Positions 51,720 through 64,000 of a DNA stretch of 64,000 bases are shown one piece after another. Positions within the stretch are counted from its first letter, which is position 1, and each line of letters opens with the position of its first letter. The stretch is from Bugula neritina (lineage: Eukaryota > Animalia > Bryozoa): the NCBI GenBank assembly GCA_964035545.1, contig OZ037767.1, positions 15,752,998-15,816,997 on the forward strand, read 5' to 3'. The translations under genes and the position numbers were made by a program. The notes under the pieces are model-generated. The model was given only the letters and a program-made list of their open reading frames with translations. It was not told where the DNA came from and made no database searches.

Positions 51720-54685
51720 TATGATCCATTAAAATAGAACTAATAAAGCCAACGACGTTAATGGTATGTCTAACTAAACATGGCATGTCTGGTATGGCAG
51801 TGGGTATGTGGAGGACCAGGCAACCTACGGCCGTCAACCCGTTACTGGCACAACTAGAAGAAGATACTCAAGAGAAGACAACAGAGTTGTCATGGAATGC
51901 TACTTCAAAAGTACACCCAAATTGAGAGGTTATAGAAAAACAATGTATGAGCTCTGTAGACCCGGATCAAAGAATTATTTAAAAAGAATGTGCAAATGCT
52001 GGAAAACAGAGGAGAGTTTAACATCAGCGAATAGAGACTAGCGGATTAAGCAAGAACTATGAAGAAACACAAGCATTTTATGGAAGAAGAACTCCATAAG
52101 ATTGAAGAAGGAACCCTGCAAGAACTAGGCACATCAATTGGTGAAGAAGATAATGAAGAGCTAAATTTGCAAATAGAGGATGTTATAGTACAACATGAGA
52201 TAGCATATAAATCAGCCATGAGAATTTTAAGAGTACCTAGTTCAGAGGTAGAAAAAGTGTTAGTAGAAAAATTATAAATGAGCATAACAAACTATCTAAT
52301 GATCGACCAACACTAAGAGCCCTTAGGCACATTGAGAGGGTCAAATTACTACAGGCAGTAAAACAGATTAATGATGTGCTAAACTGTGTTGAGATTATTA
52401 ATACCATTGAGCTTAATAACACCACCATGGCTTGTGCGAAAAATAGTAACAGAACAAGTGTGTAACAAAAAGGAAAAAGAAAAAGTGACAATGTACAAGT
52501 ATGGAAAATACGACTGCAGAAGAAATAAAAAGAAATTAGATCAGACTTAAGTAAAATAGCAGAGTGAAAAAGTAGAGCTTACAATGATTCATTGAGAAGA
52601 ATGGTTGAAGAAAAATATAGGACAAAGAACAAAGAGTGTGGTGTGGTGATTGAAAAACTGAAGCAAAACCTGAGAGCTGTAAGCCAGAAAATAAACAGAT
52701 ATACAGAATGAGTTGATCAATATAATCAGAACACAATGTTTACAATGATAAGCGCTTTTATCAAGAATTACGAGGAAATGAATGTACATCTAAAGAGGCA
52801 CCTGACAAGGAAATCAAAAGCATTCTGATAAAATATATGGGGTCAGCCAACTAAAAATAATACCAATGCAGAATGACTAAATAAAGTTAGCAACAAATTG
52901 GAGCATATGTAAAGACAAGGAAATTAGATCTTAGAAACGATGCAAACAACTGGAATAGCAATTAATGTCATAAGGTTGATAAGAAAAAGCATGAAACCTG
53001 GAAAAAACAACTGAAATACCTGGAAGAAAAGATAGGAAAAATAAAGATCAAACTAAGAATTTTCCAAGGAGACTCTTTATCTCTATCCCTTTTCTCCAAC
53101 TACCGATTCGCATGACAGAAGCGGCTCAATGATGCAAATTTTGACGAGACAGAAAACAAACCATCTCCTATATGTGGATGACCTGAAGGTAAATAGGAAA
53201 TCAAAGTTAGAACTGGAAGCTTTGGTAAACACTGCCGGGATCTTCACAAGGAATATAGAAATGAAATTTGGATTAAAAAATGTGCCACACTGGTTATGAG
53301 AAAGGGAAAGAAAATCAAGGACACAGGAATCAGTTTGCCTGATGAACAGGTAATCAAAGATCTGGGTGAGAAGCCGTATAAATATCTAGGAGTTCTTGAG
53401 ATTGATAGAATACAAATATATGAAATGAAAAATAAGATCAAGGAGTACTACTTGTAAACAAATAAGAAAAGTTCTGGATTCAAAACTGAATGGTGAGAAC
53501 ACAATCAAAGCAATAAACACATGGGCAGTAACAGCAGTGCATTACACAGCTAGAATACTTGACTGAACTGTTTCATGAGCTAAAAAATATGGACTGAAAG
53601 ACAAGGAAGCTAATGACAACAAACCGTGCACCCTATCCGAGAGCAGATGTAGGCAGGCTGTATTTTAGCAGAAGGGAAGGCGGTAGAAGAATGTTGTCAA
53701 CTGAAAAATGCATAAAGATTGAAAACTGCAGCATGTCAGACTACATAAATAAAACATAGACTGATAGAAACACCACACTGAATACCTTCCTAAAAGACAA
53801 AACGGCGGTAGAACTAAATAATGATAAAGTGATAGAAAGAACTGATGAGTGTAAAGAAAAGCTTCACGTGGTCAATACATCATCAAAATGGTGGAAGACA
53901 TGAAAGCATTTTCCTGGAACTGGTTGAAGTATGGTTGGCTGAAAAAGGAAACAGAAGGACTGCTGACAGCTGCGCAAAATCAACTATTCACTACTAGAAA
54001 CTATAAAGTGGCTATGGTGAGAGAACAGGGTAGCAAGAAGTGTGGAATGTGTAACGCAAGAGACAAAACTTCGATGCACGTATTGAGTGAGTTTGAGAAG
54101 GTAGCAGAAGGAGAATATATGAAAAAACACAACCTTTTGGCATTGATAATTTCAATAGTAGTTGTGTGAACTTCGTGGGTTTCAGAAAAGTGAGAATTGG
54201 TACGGCCATCAAGCAGAATCAGTACTGGAAAATGATAATGTAAAAACCTTGTAAGATTTTAACATACACACTGACGTAGTCATCAAAGTTAGGAGACCCG
54301 ATATATTAGTAGTTGACAAGCATAATGCTGAAACAACGATAATTGATATCACAGTCCCTGTTAACTACAGAGTAAAAAAAAAAGATTCGAAAAGTTAGGA
54401 AAATATCAGAATTTAGCACTAGAATAAACCCGCCTTTGAAAAACATCAAAAAAGTCATCCCGTTGTAACTGGAGCCTTTGGAGCTTTATACAAGATTGTA
54501 GACTGGCTGACACTACTTGGAGTAGCTGAAAACAAATGCTCATTAATTCAGCAGACACCCTTACTAGGATCAGGATAAGCTCACATCCTGAGGAAAGTTC
54601 TATCCATTTCAGCCTAGTATAACTAGGCCAATGGTAAAAGGTTACACCAGCTAAAAAACTACGGTCAATCAACAATAATAATAAT
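51720..54685 (+). mobile_element. Decayed R4/Dong-clade non-LTR retrotransposon, right-arm copy
   Basis: Same motifs as 27128-30090 (YVDD at ~53171, RPDIL at ~54295) and most of the same disabling lesions. Confidence 0.88.
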
Positions 54686-57600
54686 ATACAACTATATTAG
54701 CGCAGTTGGTTCTATTATTAGATTAGCATATCGATTATGACTTTTCGATTGCCACCCTGATACTATGAGTAAAATGTACAAGCATACGTGAAAGTATAGA
54801 TATGATCATAAGTATAAAAATAGGTATGTATAAATATAAATATAGGTACAAGTATAAAACGAATGATTATATTATTAATAATATTAGTCAGTGATACCTA
54901 TAACCGTAATGGTTTTTAGACTTACAGTTATCATTAACATTAGCTGAGTAATATGATTAGTTAAAATAATGGTATTCATTAATATATCATAGTTATAAGT
55001 TATAACTCTAGTCTCTAAAGAGCAACAGCAAGTGTAATTGGGATATTCATATTAAATTTCATATTCACATAGTGCAATGTTTATGTTATGAACTAATTTA
55101 TTCCTTCAACATTTAACTATAAATATGATTAACACTAACTTTGACCAGCAGTATTACTAAAAGAAGCATATTACACATATAAGATAATAAAATTCTAGTA
55201 GTGGGACTAATAGTATTACTAGGTCCAGTATTATTCTTGTTATCTTATTCATCATTCATGAGTTATCAAATTTAAAATTACTACTTATTAGCATCAGCAT
55301 ATAAAAAGTAAGATCATTAGGAATAATTATCATGAGGTATGATCTATGATTTGCATTATCCATATATAGTTTAATACCAATATGATATATTATTATTGCT
55401 GATAGTCTATGTTATAGTTAAATTTATACTTATCTTTACAGTTACCTATAGTAGCACTTATTAGTTATTTGTGGTAGCCAAACTAATGTTTAATATTAAT
55501 AAATTAAACTGAGTATCATAAAAGTGTTACTAAGAATTTTAATTATAATCGTAATGGTGATCATATTACTTTATTATAATTATTATATTTTATCACTAAT
55601 GCTAAACTGAGTTAATGTATATACTTTGAGTTTTACTATTACTCATTATATTTACACTTATAGTAAAACTAAATATGTAAAAGTTATACTTATACTATTA
55701 TTATTCGTATTTCATTAGACTTACATCTAAGATCGCAGTCCTATTACTACTACCACTGATACTAGTACTACAACTAGTACTAGTACTACTACTACTACTA
55801 CTAATAGTACTGTTACTACTACTACTACTAGTACCACTACTAGGTCTACTACTGTACTAGTACAACTACAAACTTTGAAAATAACTGCAAGAAAGGTATG
55901 ACTTACTCTTTTTCTTAGTCTTACTGTGACTCTCAGTCGTAATGTAAAATAAAATTGTGAACTGTAAAGTTAAACCCAAGGCTGAAATTTATTTAATTAA
56001 ATTTAGACAATCTGAATCATTGGCTCAATCCTTGAGTTTGACTATTACTATTATTATTAGTGTTACGATTGTGATTATCATTGGCATTATGATTATGCCA
56101 TTATCATTATGATTGTAATTGTGGTAATTCTAACATTAATTATAATCATAAATTAAAAGGTAATGATTAATGATAATTGTTTTCATTTTGTAATCATAAT
56201 GATAATCATAATGATGTAAATTTTGATGTAAAACCAAAATACTAAAACTAAAAGTAAAAGTTATAAAATTAAATGATAAAATATTATAATGATAATTATA
56301 ATTATTATATTATTATTGAATATATTATTTCATTAGAAAATAGGTTGCAGCTTAGCATGATTAAAATTCAGTAAAAATTAGTTTACCAACAGCAAACATG
56401 CATGCGTCTTGTCAACATTCAATTCGTAGTGCCATAGCGAAGCCAGATTACTGGTAGTACGACTACTAGAACTACTACTACTAGTGATGGATCCTTGGCG
56501 ATTTTAGCTGTGAGTGACCTTCACCTCACATTCTCGTCATGTGCGCGGCATTAGACTAAGTAGAGGGTATAAAGCACTGAGCTGGAAAAGAAATAATATA
56601 ATTTATTTTAATTATAGGTAATACTAATAGTAATATAATTTATTGTAATATATAGGTAATATTATTGAGTTCATTGGTATGGAGTATAAACCTATCACTG
56701 ATAGTATCAGTATCAACTACCACTTACGTACTACTTCAACTTATCACTTACCTTCAACTCAAACTGCTTGGAATCATTTGTCTTTGATCATATTGGCATT
56801 GTCATTGTGATTGTAATAACTATTAATATTTTTAGTTCAACATCAATGCCGAACATATTGTAATAACTAATAAGATAATCATAAGGTTGATATATTTTGC
56901 TAATACTAATACTAATAGTAATAGTAATTCAGTGTCACTCTCACTCTGGTGGAGTGAGACTCAGACTTAGAGTTAGAGACAGAGTGAGTCCGAGTAAGTC
57001 TGAGCAGTGAGTGTTGGTAATAGTAATAGTCATATAAATTTAAATTATATTTCTAGCAATCACAATGGCAATAGTTATAGTAACTTTCACTTACTCTTAA
57101 ATCATTGAACCTGAACTAAAAGTAAAATTAAGCATTATGATTATGATTATCATTATGATTATACCTATGATTTTATTATGTTTAAATTAAAAATCAATAT
57201 CATGATAATATCATAGTGATAGACATATTATTGATAAATGATAATATAAAAGTAATTTGATAAATTATACGTTGATTTTGAATTAAGGTGATACTGATAC
57301 TAGACCGGTACTGAAAGTGATAGTAATACTAATAGTAATAGTAATAGTCATATAAATTTAAGTTATATTTACTCATTACCGGCAATCACAATGGCAATAG
57401 TAACTTAAACTGTAACAGTTATGGTATGGGTATGTTTGAAATTGTCACTATCAATATTGCTATGAATCAAAATATAATGCTATCATACCAATAATTTAAA
57501 ATAGTATTACAAAGCTTCAGTAGCAACTTTTACTTGTACCAGTTTGGAATTTTGAATTATACATATTCTTAGTTAAAGTCTTCAAGTTTATTGTCAAAAT

Positions 57601-58974
57601 GAACTTGAAATTAAAGACTTAGTAGTAAAAATTAAACTAAGACTGACTGTAAGTGACTAAGATTAAAAATAAGTAATTTTAAATATCGATTTAGTATTTT
57701 TCTTACTCTTTGTCTTAAAATTGACTTTTATTTTGCACCTACTCCTGGTCAATGATTCTTTTTTCTATTTATATTACTATTGCTATTAGTATAATTGACT
57801 TAAATTTAATAATAGATATGATTATATCTTTATAAATGTGATATTTGATTTTATGAATAGTAATTCGAAAACTCTTTGGTATTATTTATTTTTGATCATT
57901 GTAGTTATTATCATTATATTTGTATAATAATTATGATTATCAAATTCAATATCGATATTTGTATTATGGTATGGATATCTGCCTCCATCCCATGTTCTAT
58001 TTTGCAGTGCCTTTTTACATTCACGTCTAGGTTCACATTGCGATGGTCATACTGATAGCACTTGGGGACAGTGATGAGCATAATGATTATCACTAATATT
58101 AAGATTATCGTTATTAGGATTTAGAATTCTTTAATAAACAAGCAACTTAAAACAAATGTTTTTACTAATATACATATTAATTACTAATATAAATATACTA
58201 CTATGAATATCATAATTATTATACTTTACAATTCAAAGTAAGATAATCATAATACGAACTGGTAAAATAAATATAAAGTAAATGTAATAATACTAATAGT
58301 AGTTATCCATTCCCCTTTGGTTTCACATACTAATAATTGGAAACCTCTGTCCCAATATTATTTCTATTAATATTGCTCAAAGTTTGATCCCTATTTAATT
58401 TTATAGTTCACTCACCAGCTACATAATTTTATTAAAATACATGTAGTATTGGTTATAGTACTAGTGAAACTTGAAGTTGAATAGCATGCTTATTACTCAC
58501 TGCTCTTTGCTTACATTATTAGGGTTACTCTTTAGTCTTAGAGATACCCTAACATAAACTTGAAAGCTGGAGGTAGTACTAGTCTAGTGCTGTGTTAATC
58601 CTACACTGTTGACTTATCAACACTGTGACTATAATTATGACTTCTAAGTCAAAGTCATTTTCATATAGTAGTAATCACTATGACAGACTGAAAGTCAGGA
58701 AGACTAAATATAATGGTAAAGTGTGTAAGAATAAATCATACTTAATCAATTACTTTTAGTTTTGTTACCAGTGTTGGGTCAACTTTCAGAATAAAGAATA
58801 AATATAATTATAAAGATAAATGGATAAAAATTCCAATCATGGTTTAATGTGCCTATTTTAAGCTGTTAATTTAATTACTATAATATAAGTGCTCAAAATA
58901 CTTTTGATTTTCATAATTATGTTTTAATTTAATACAGATACCATAGTATCATATACAGTAGAATCAGTTGTATC

Positions 58975-61900
58975 TTATTTAATAATGAAGTAACTTATTG
59001 GAGCTTTCACAGTTATTAATTATTCACTTGTTAGTCTTTGAACTAGGACAATGTTTGAAACTTGAAGTAGAATGAAGTTTGATTTCAGTTACCGCAATGG
59101 TATCTGCAGTCACAATAGGAATACGCATATAACTATGTTTATATTTGTGAAAAACATATAGTCAAAACTAGATAAGGTAATAGTAATTATAATTGGTTTC
59201 ACTTTTAATATATTCCTATAAACTGGAAAATAGACAGAAGAATTTAATCATGAAAGTAAACCTAGTGGAAGTCAATCAATTCACTAAGTATAGTAAAATA
59301 TTTACTATTCAGTAAGTTTATTTACTTTAGTTAATTGTACTTGATTATTTCTGTTGGTTTTTCAGTTGATTTTTCTACCTTTTGCTATAGCATATCAAAC
59401 TACCACAAAGTCATGCTTCCGTATTACAATTATAAACATAGTGTTACTGTGTAATGTTATAGTAATGTAATAGTAATATTTGGATCATTGTAAGTATTTC
59501 TGTTGTTGTACTGATTGATAAATATTTTTTAGCTTGCATGGATATTTGCAACGATCAAGATGTCATTTGAACCTGGACTGGAATAAAGATGGCAAATCGA
59601 GAAGCTAGCTACAATTATTCTGCAGAAAGAAACTTGGTAAGCAAAAATAAGCTGCAGCATTAAGCAGTAAGCAATATGACGATGAACTTTGCTTGATTTT
59701 GATTGACCTTAAAATGTCTGTTGCGCGTAAAATAAATTTTGTGACAGTCAAAAGTATGCTGATCTTTTTCGTATTTCAGTGCATCGGTGTCTTAGCTTAA
59801 GAGCTGAACCCAACAATTATGATCTAAAGCTGTTTTTTACTAGAAAGTGATTTTACTGTCTTTCTGATTTTTCTTGGTTTTTCGGCTTGATGAATTGAAT
59901 AAAGGGATTTGATTTCGGGTATTATGTAATGGATGAAAGAAATTTTTCTTAAATTTGTACTGAGCAATTTTTGCTATTGCTATGATGTTTAGTGATAAAA
60001 TTGCACCCTTAATAACCCTGAAAACTTTCATTACTAGCATTTGTTTATGTTCATTTTTAGGAAATTAAAATGAAGACACAACTCACCGATGCTATCTCAC
60101 TGTGCCTGCATGCAGTTTACCTAAAAAGGTACTCCTATTAGCTGGCTCTTGCCCAATACCTAGTTGTCTCTGTAACTATTTTTTGCTCGCAGATAAGTTT
60201 TTTGAACTTGACATTTTATTGATTTTGAAAGTTATAGTGAGCTTTGAACTTGCTAGCATCGTTTTTAAAGACTTGCTGCAGTTTTTATCAACATTTTTTA
60301 AGTCAATGGTGTTAGTTTGGAAGCTCTCTCACTCCTCTCTCTGTCTCTTTTTTCCACACCTTCCACTCAACCTCTCTCTCTTTCTCTCCCTCTCTCCCAC
60401 CCTCCCTCTCTCCCACCCTCTGTCTCTCCCACCTTCTCCCTCTCTCTCCCACTCTCCGTCTCTCCCACCTTCTCTCTCTCCTAACCTTTCTCTCTTCCCT
60501 TTTCCACTATCTCTCTGACTCTCTCCCTTTCTCTCTTCTACCCCATCTCTCTTTCATCCTCTCTCCTAACCTTTCTCTCCCACCCCCCCCTCTCCCACTC
60601 TCTTTCTCTCTCTAGTTTGCATGGCTTTACCCAATTTTGGTTTTTTTTTTATTTTGTTTCAGAGTATCCAAAAGGAAAGCTAAAATTTATTTGATATATA
60701 TTATACCAACTTGAGCTTTACATATAATATCAAATAAATGCTGTGTTTTGTTAAAACAATGTTTGCAACTTTGTAGTATATTCAAATTCATAATTTATTT
60801 GTAGAGTCACACAACAAGACACTACTCTGACACACTCACAAGTTGCCACTAATCCAGCAGTATAGATGATTGTTTTCTCCACTGGCTATGCTGTCACGCT
60901 TTACTGTTGTGGTGTTTGAAACAAACCAATTGTTTGCCTATGCAGATTAGGGTGAGAAAAAAAGTGAGAAATGAAAGCTGTTTTTAATACCAACTACACT
61001 TAGTTTTTATTGAATGAAAAACAAAGTGAAATCATTAGTTATCCGTTAAATGACTAAATCACTGTTTATAAAGATGAAACACAAATATAATCTTATAATA
61101 TGCTAATGAAATTTGGCTTTCAAATAGCTTTTTTCTGTATATTTGTTGAGGAAGTTTATCTTCAACAAAACTTTGTAGCTGTTGAATATGTGGATAGTGT
61201 TTTATATTGCATAAATTTATCGAGTAAAAGGTTCTCATCAAACTTTTACAACTTAGCTCATCGACGGTTTAAAATTGTGAGTCACCCTTCACACTAGAGT
61301 TTTATAAAGTTTTAATGAATGTGCAGTATTTTATAAAATATTGTGTGTCTCGTAAATTTAGCTATTTCTACCTTTTCAGTGAGATTGGAGTAAACACACC
61401 TCAAAATTCACATCTGGTATCACATTGATTTATCGCAAGTCAAAGTACACCTACTAACTCTTCCTTCCTTAATACCTGCTTGCTTTTGCACTTCTACTCA
61501 TTTCATATACCTAACATTTTTCTTGCAGATGAATTACATCTTTTAAGTTGTAAAAGCCTTAAATAGCATGAAATTAATGAGGTTTAAACCGTGGCCACAC
61601 TAACTATTGATGCGTTTATTGATGGGTTAAATTACACGAAAATATTGTCTTTTTCTTTTTAGTTTCACCTAAAGTATTACATACTATTGATGGAGGCTTT
61701 GCTGAAGTTTTTGGGTGATGATTTGTCAATAATTTTCCAGAGAAGATGATGCCACGGTGGCTGGCATCATTATGCAGTTTCCAAATATCTTTCGGCTTTG
61801 CTCTAGTGAAAATTTTGGAAAACAATCAACAAAAAGGTTTGTACCATAAACGAAGTTATTGTGTGCGTGTTGCCAAAGCATAAAGTGTGCTGGACATTTT

Positions 61901-62583
61901 TAGGTTTCTGTTGAGATGCGTTTTTGCTTTTCCTGCATGAAAAAAGTTCCAGTTTCAGTTAATATCACTAGCGGAGTGCCCACCTATATTTTAAATCATA
62001 TTGATGCATAAGTTCTTTTTGTAATATTAAAAGTATAACTTGCTTAATTGCTATTCAATGCCCTTTGAAGTTTCCAACTGTAATTAATTAGTTGATTTGG
62101 CAGCATAGTATCGATGATTGATGAAGGCAGCCGATATAATTATAAGCATAAATATCTATATCTACATGAAGATGTCATTCCCAATGATTGTTATTCTGAA
62201 ATCAGCTGATTAAGTTATCACAAACTAAACATTTTGACCAGCGGCTTGCAATGCAACTCGGTGAAATTTTAGACCTAGATGAATTGAATTTCTTACTGAA
62301 AATCGTGAAGGTATTAAAGTTTAAAGTGAAAGTTTAAAGGGTCATCTCTCTGCGAATTCTAATAGCATGGTGCCAATTAGACTTGAAAAAATTTCAAGGC
62401 ACTATAAAGCACTAAGCCCATTCTTACAAGTAGTTTCAAAGTGCACTGGAATTTCAGTTTACTTGTCATTGTATAGAATCCTGATCTACACTATATAGCA
62501 TTCACTATTGCCTGCTTCTTCTAAGCATCTATAATGCATTAACTACAGTTTGCTTTAAGAAGTGAATTTCTACTTGGTATTTT
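58975..62583 (-). repeat. Segment A copy 3 (inverted)
   Basis: Reverse complement of A2/A1. It lacks the MITE and lacks the 55 bp insert found at 15536/22010. Confidence 0.97.
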
Positions 62584-64000
62584 TTCCTTATCGTTCTGTT
62601 GTTTGCCAGTAGTCTTAATTTAATGGATTTTCCCTTTTCAAAAGTGGTTGTGAGAATCAAAACGCATCATGCAGCCTGCAACTACACAATGAGTCAGTAA
62701 TTTCTTCCATTAAAGTAGCTCTTCTGGTTACCCTTGCTCACCTAAAAGCCTGAGCCTCATTCAAATTGCAAGTTTTTAGAGTTGTTAATTTTTCATGCAA
62801 TCTTTCATTTTTTTTTGTTAGGCACAAAATTAGTATTCACTAGACCTAATCTTTCATCTGCATGTATGCCTATTGTTTGTTCATTAAAGAAAAACCTCTG
62901 CTGAATATTGAACTAATAATGAAAACGAATTCCCTAAACTAAAAGTAGCAGTGTGATTTTGGTATTACAATCAGTTGTTAGCATAGAGTCAAGTTATTGA
63001 CAGGAATTTTCAAATTGAAATGAATGAATTTCATTGTAAGTCAGCAAGATTTAGTCTAAGTAAACATAGCATTACATCATGTTCTTATTTAACATTGGTA
63101 GAAGGCAACATTTATTTTAAGGACTGTTGTAAACTTAAATGTAATTTTAGGTACTTTCCATGTTTGTTATTGTAGATGGTCTTGTTCTTTGGAATGGATG
63201 TGACAACTCCTTGTGTCAAACTTAACTGATTGACTACTGAATCCCAATCATTTTTTGCCAAAAAATGTGAAAATGGAGTGCATGTCTACTTTATTTGAGA
63301 AAATATTAAAAATACTTTTGAAAATTAATCTAGCCAAACAATACAACAGTTTCATTTTATTAAAAAACATCATTTGCCCAAAATGTATTATGTAATCGAA
63401 CAATTTCTAGAAAAAAAGTGCTTTCCTCCAGTTTTGCTAATGAATTACATATTTCATTACATGCTTGTCTTTATAATTTTATTAATTGTTTTTTCTGGTG
63501 AGTCAATTGAAGTCAATTCAACCTAGAAAAGTCTGATTTTCAGACTTAATTTCAAGCGAGAATATTCACATTTTTAGGTCTGCGTTTGCAAACATTGTTG
63601 TGTTACTTTACTTTTTATATTTTTTGAAATAAATATCTTTTTAGCTTGTGCCTATTCATGATTAGAATAGTATACTAATATTTAACTTTTCTTCAATTTT
63701 AATAGATGAAAATGTTGATCAGTTGGAGTATTCAGTTTAGCTGAATTTTACTTGCTTCTGCGAAAACAATCTTTTGGAGTTGTCTGCCCTCTCTTTAGGT
63801 AATTTTTTGACCTATGGTCAACACAATAATTATAACTTTTTAAAGATGCTTGTGAACCTAACAATATAGCACAACTATCAAACCACATTATTCAATATCT
63901 GCATAAAATTTAGCCAATAATCTGCCACCCAATGAGCTTGAAAAGATATTAGAATTCTAGCTCAGTGCTGCCATCAATGTAGATATTTATAATGATATAA

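Larger units (their letters stand above)
40405..64000 (-). repeat. Right arm of giant inverted duplication (continues past window end)
   Basis: Starts cagtatatattttcctag, the reverse complement of sequence ending at 37614. The last bases match 17762 onward. Length minus the 3.8 kb insertion is ~19.8 kb. Confidence 0.97.

Overview
AT-rich, intron-containing animal (invertebrate-like) genomic DNA. The first ~12.6 kb is single-copy. It holds a 15-exon CPEB1/Orb-type gene (+ strand, ~3371-10280, ~745 aa) with an intronic tRNA-derived SINE, and a convergent ~1.2 kb exon encoding an NHL-like repeat plus PAN/apple protein (- strand). Everything from ~12.66 kb to the end is one compound duplication, laid out as A1(12658-17203) D(17204-19187) A2(19188-22811) B(22812-~30450) C(~30450-37614) | B'(37615-40404, direct partial copy) | C-inv B-inv A-inv D-inv (40405-64000+). 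This is a giant palindrome with arms of at least 19.8 kb that run off the window. Its 2.8 kb spacer is itself a third copy of arm sequence. The arms are similar but carry many SNPs and indels. Each arm contains a decayed R4/Dong-clade non-LTR retrotransposon embedded in a degenerate microsatellite field, a foldback MITE and stop-riddled pseudo-exons. Two DNA transposon insertions are defined to within about one base because the sister copies give empty sites: a 3.8 kb CAC...GTG element in the right arm and a 0.94 kb MITE in A1. All alignments were done by eye, so identities are qualitative.
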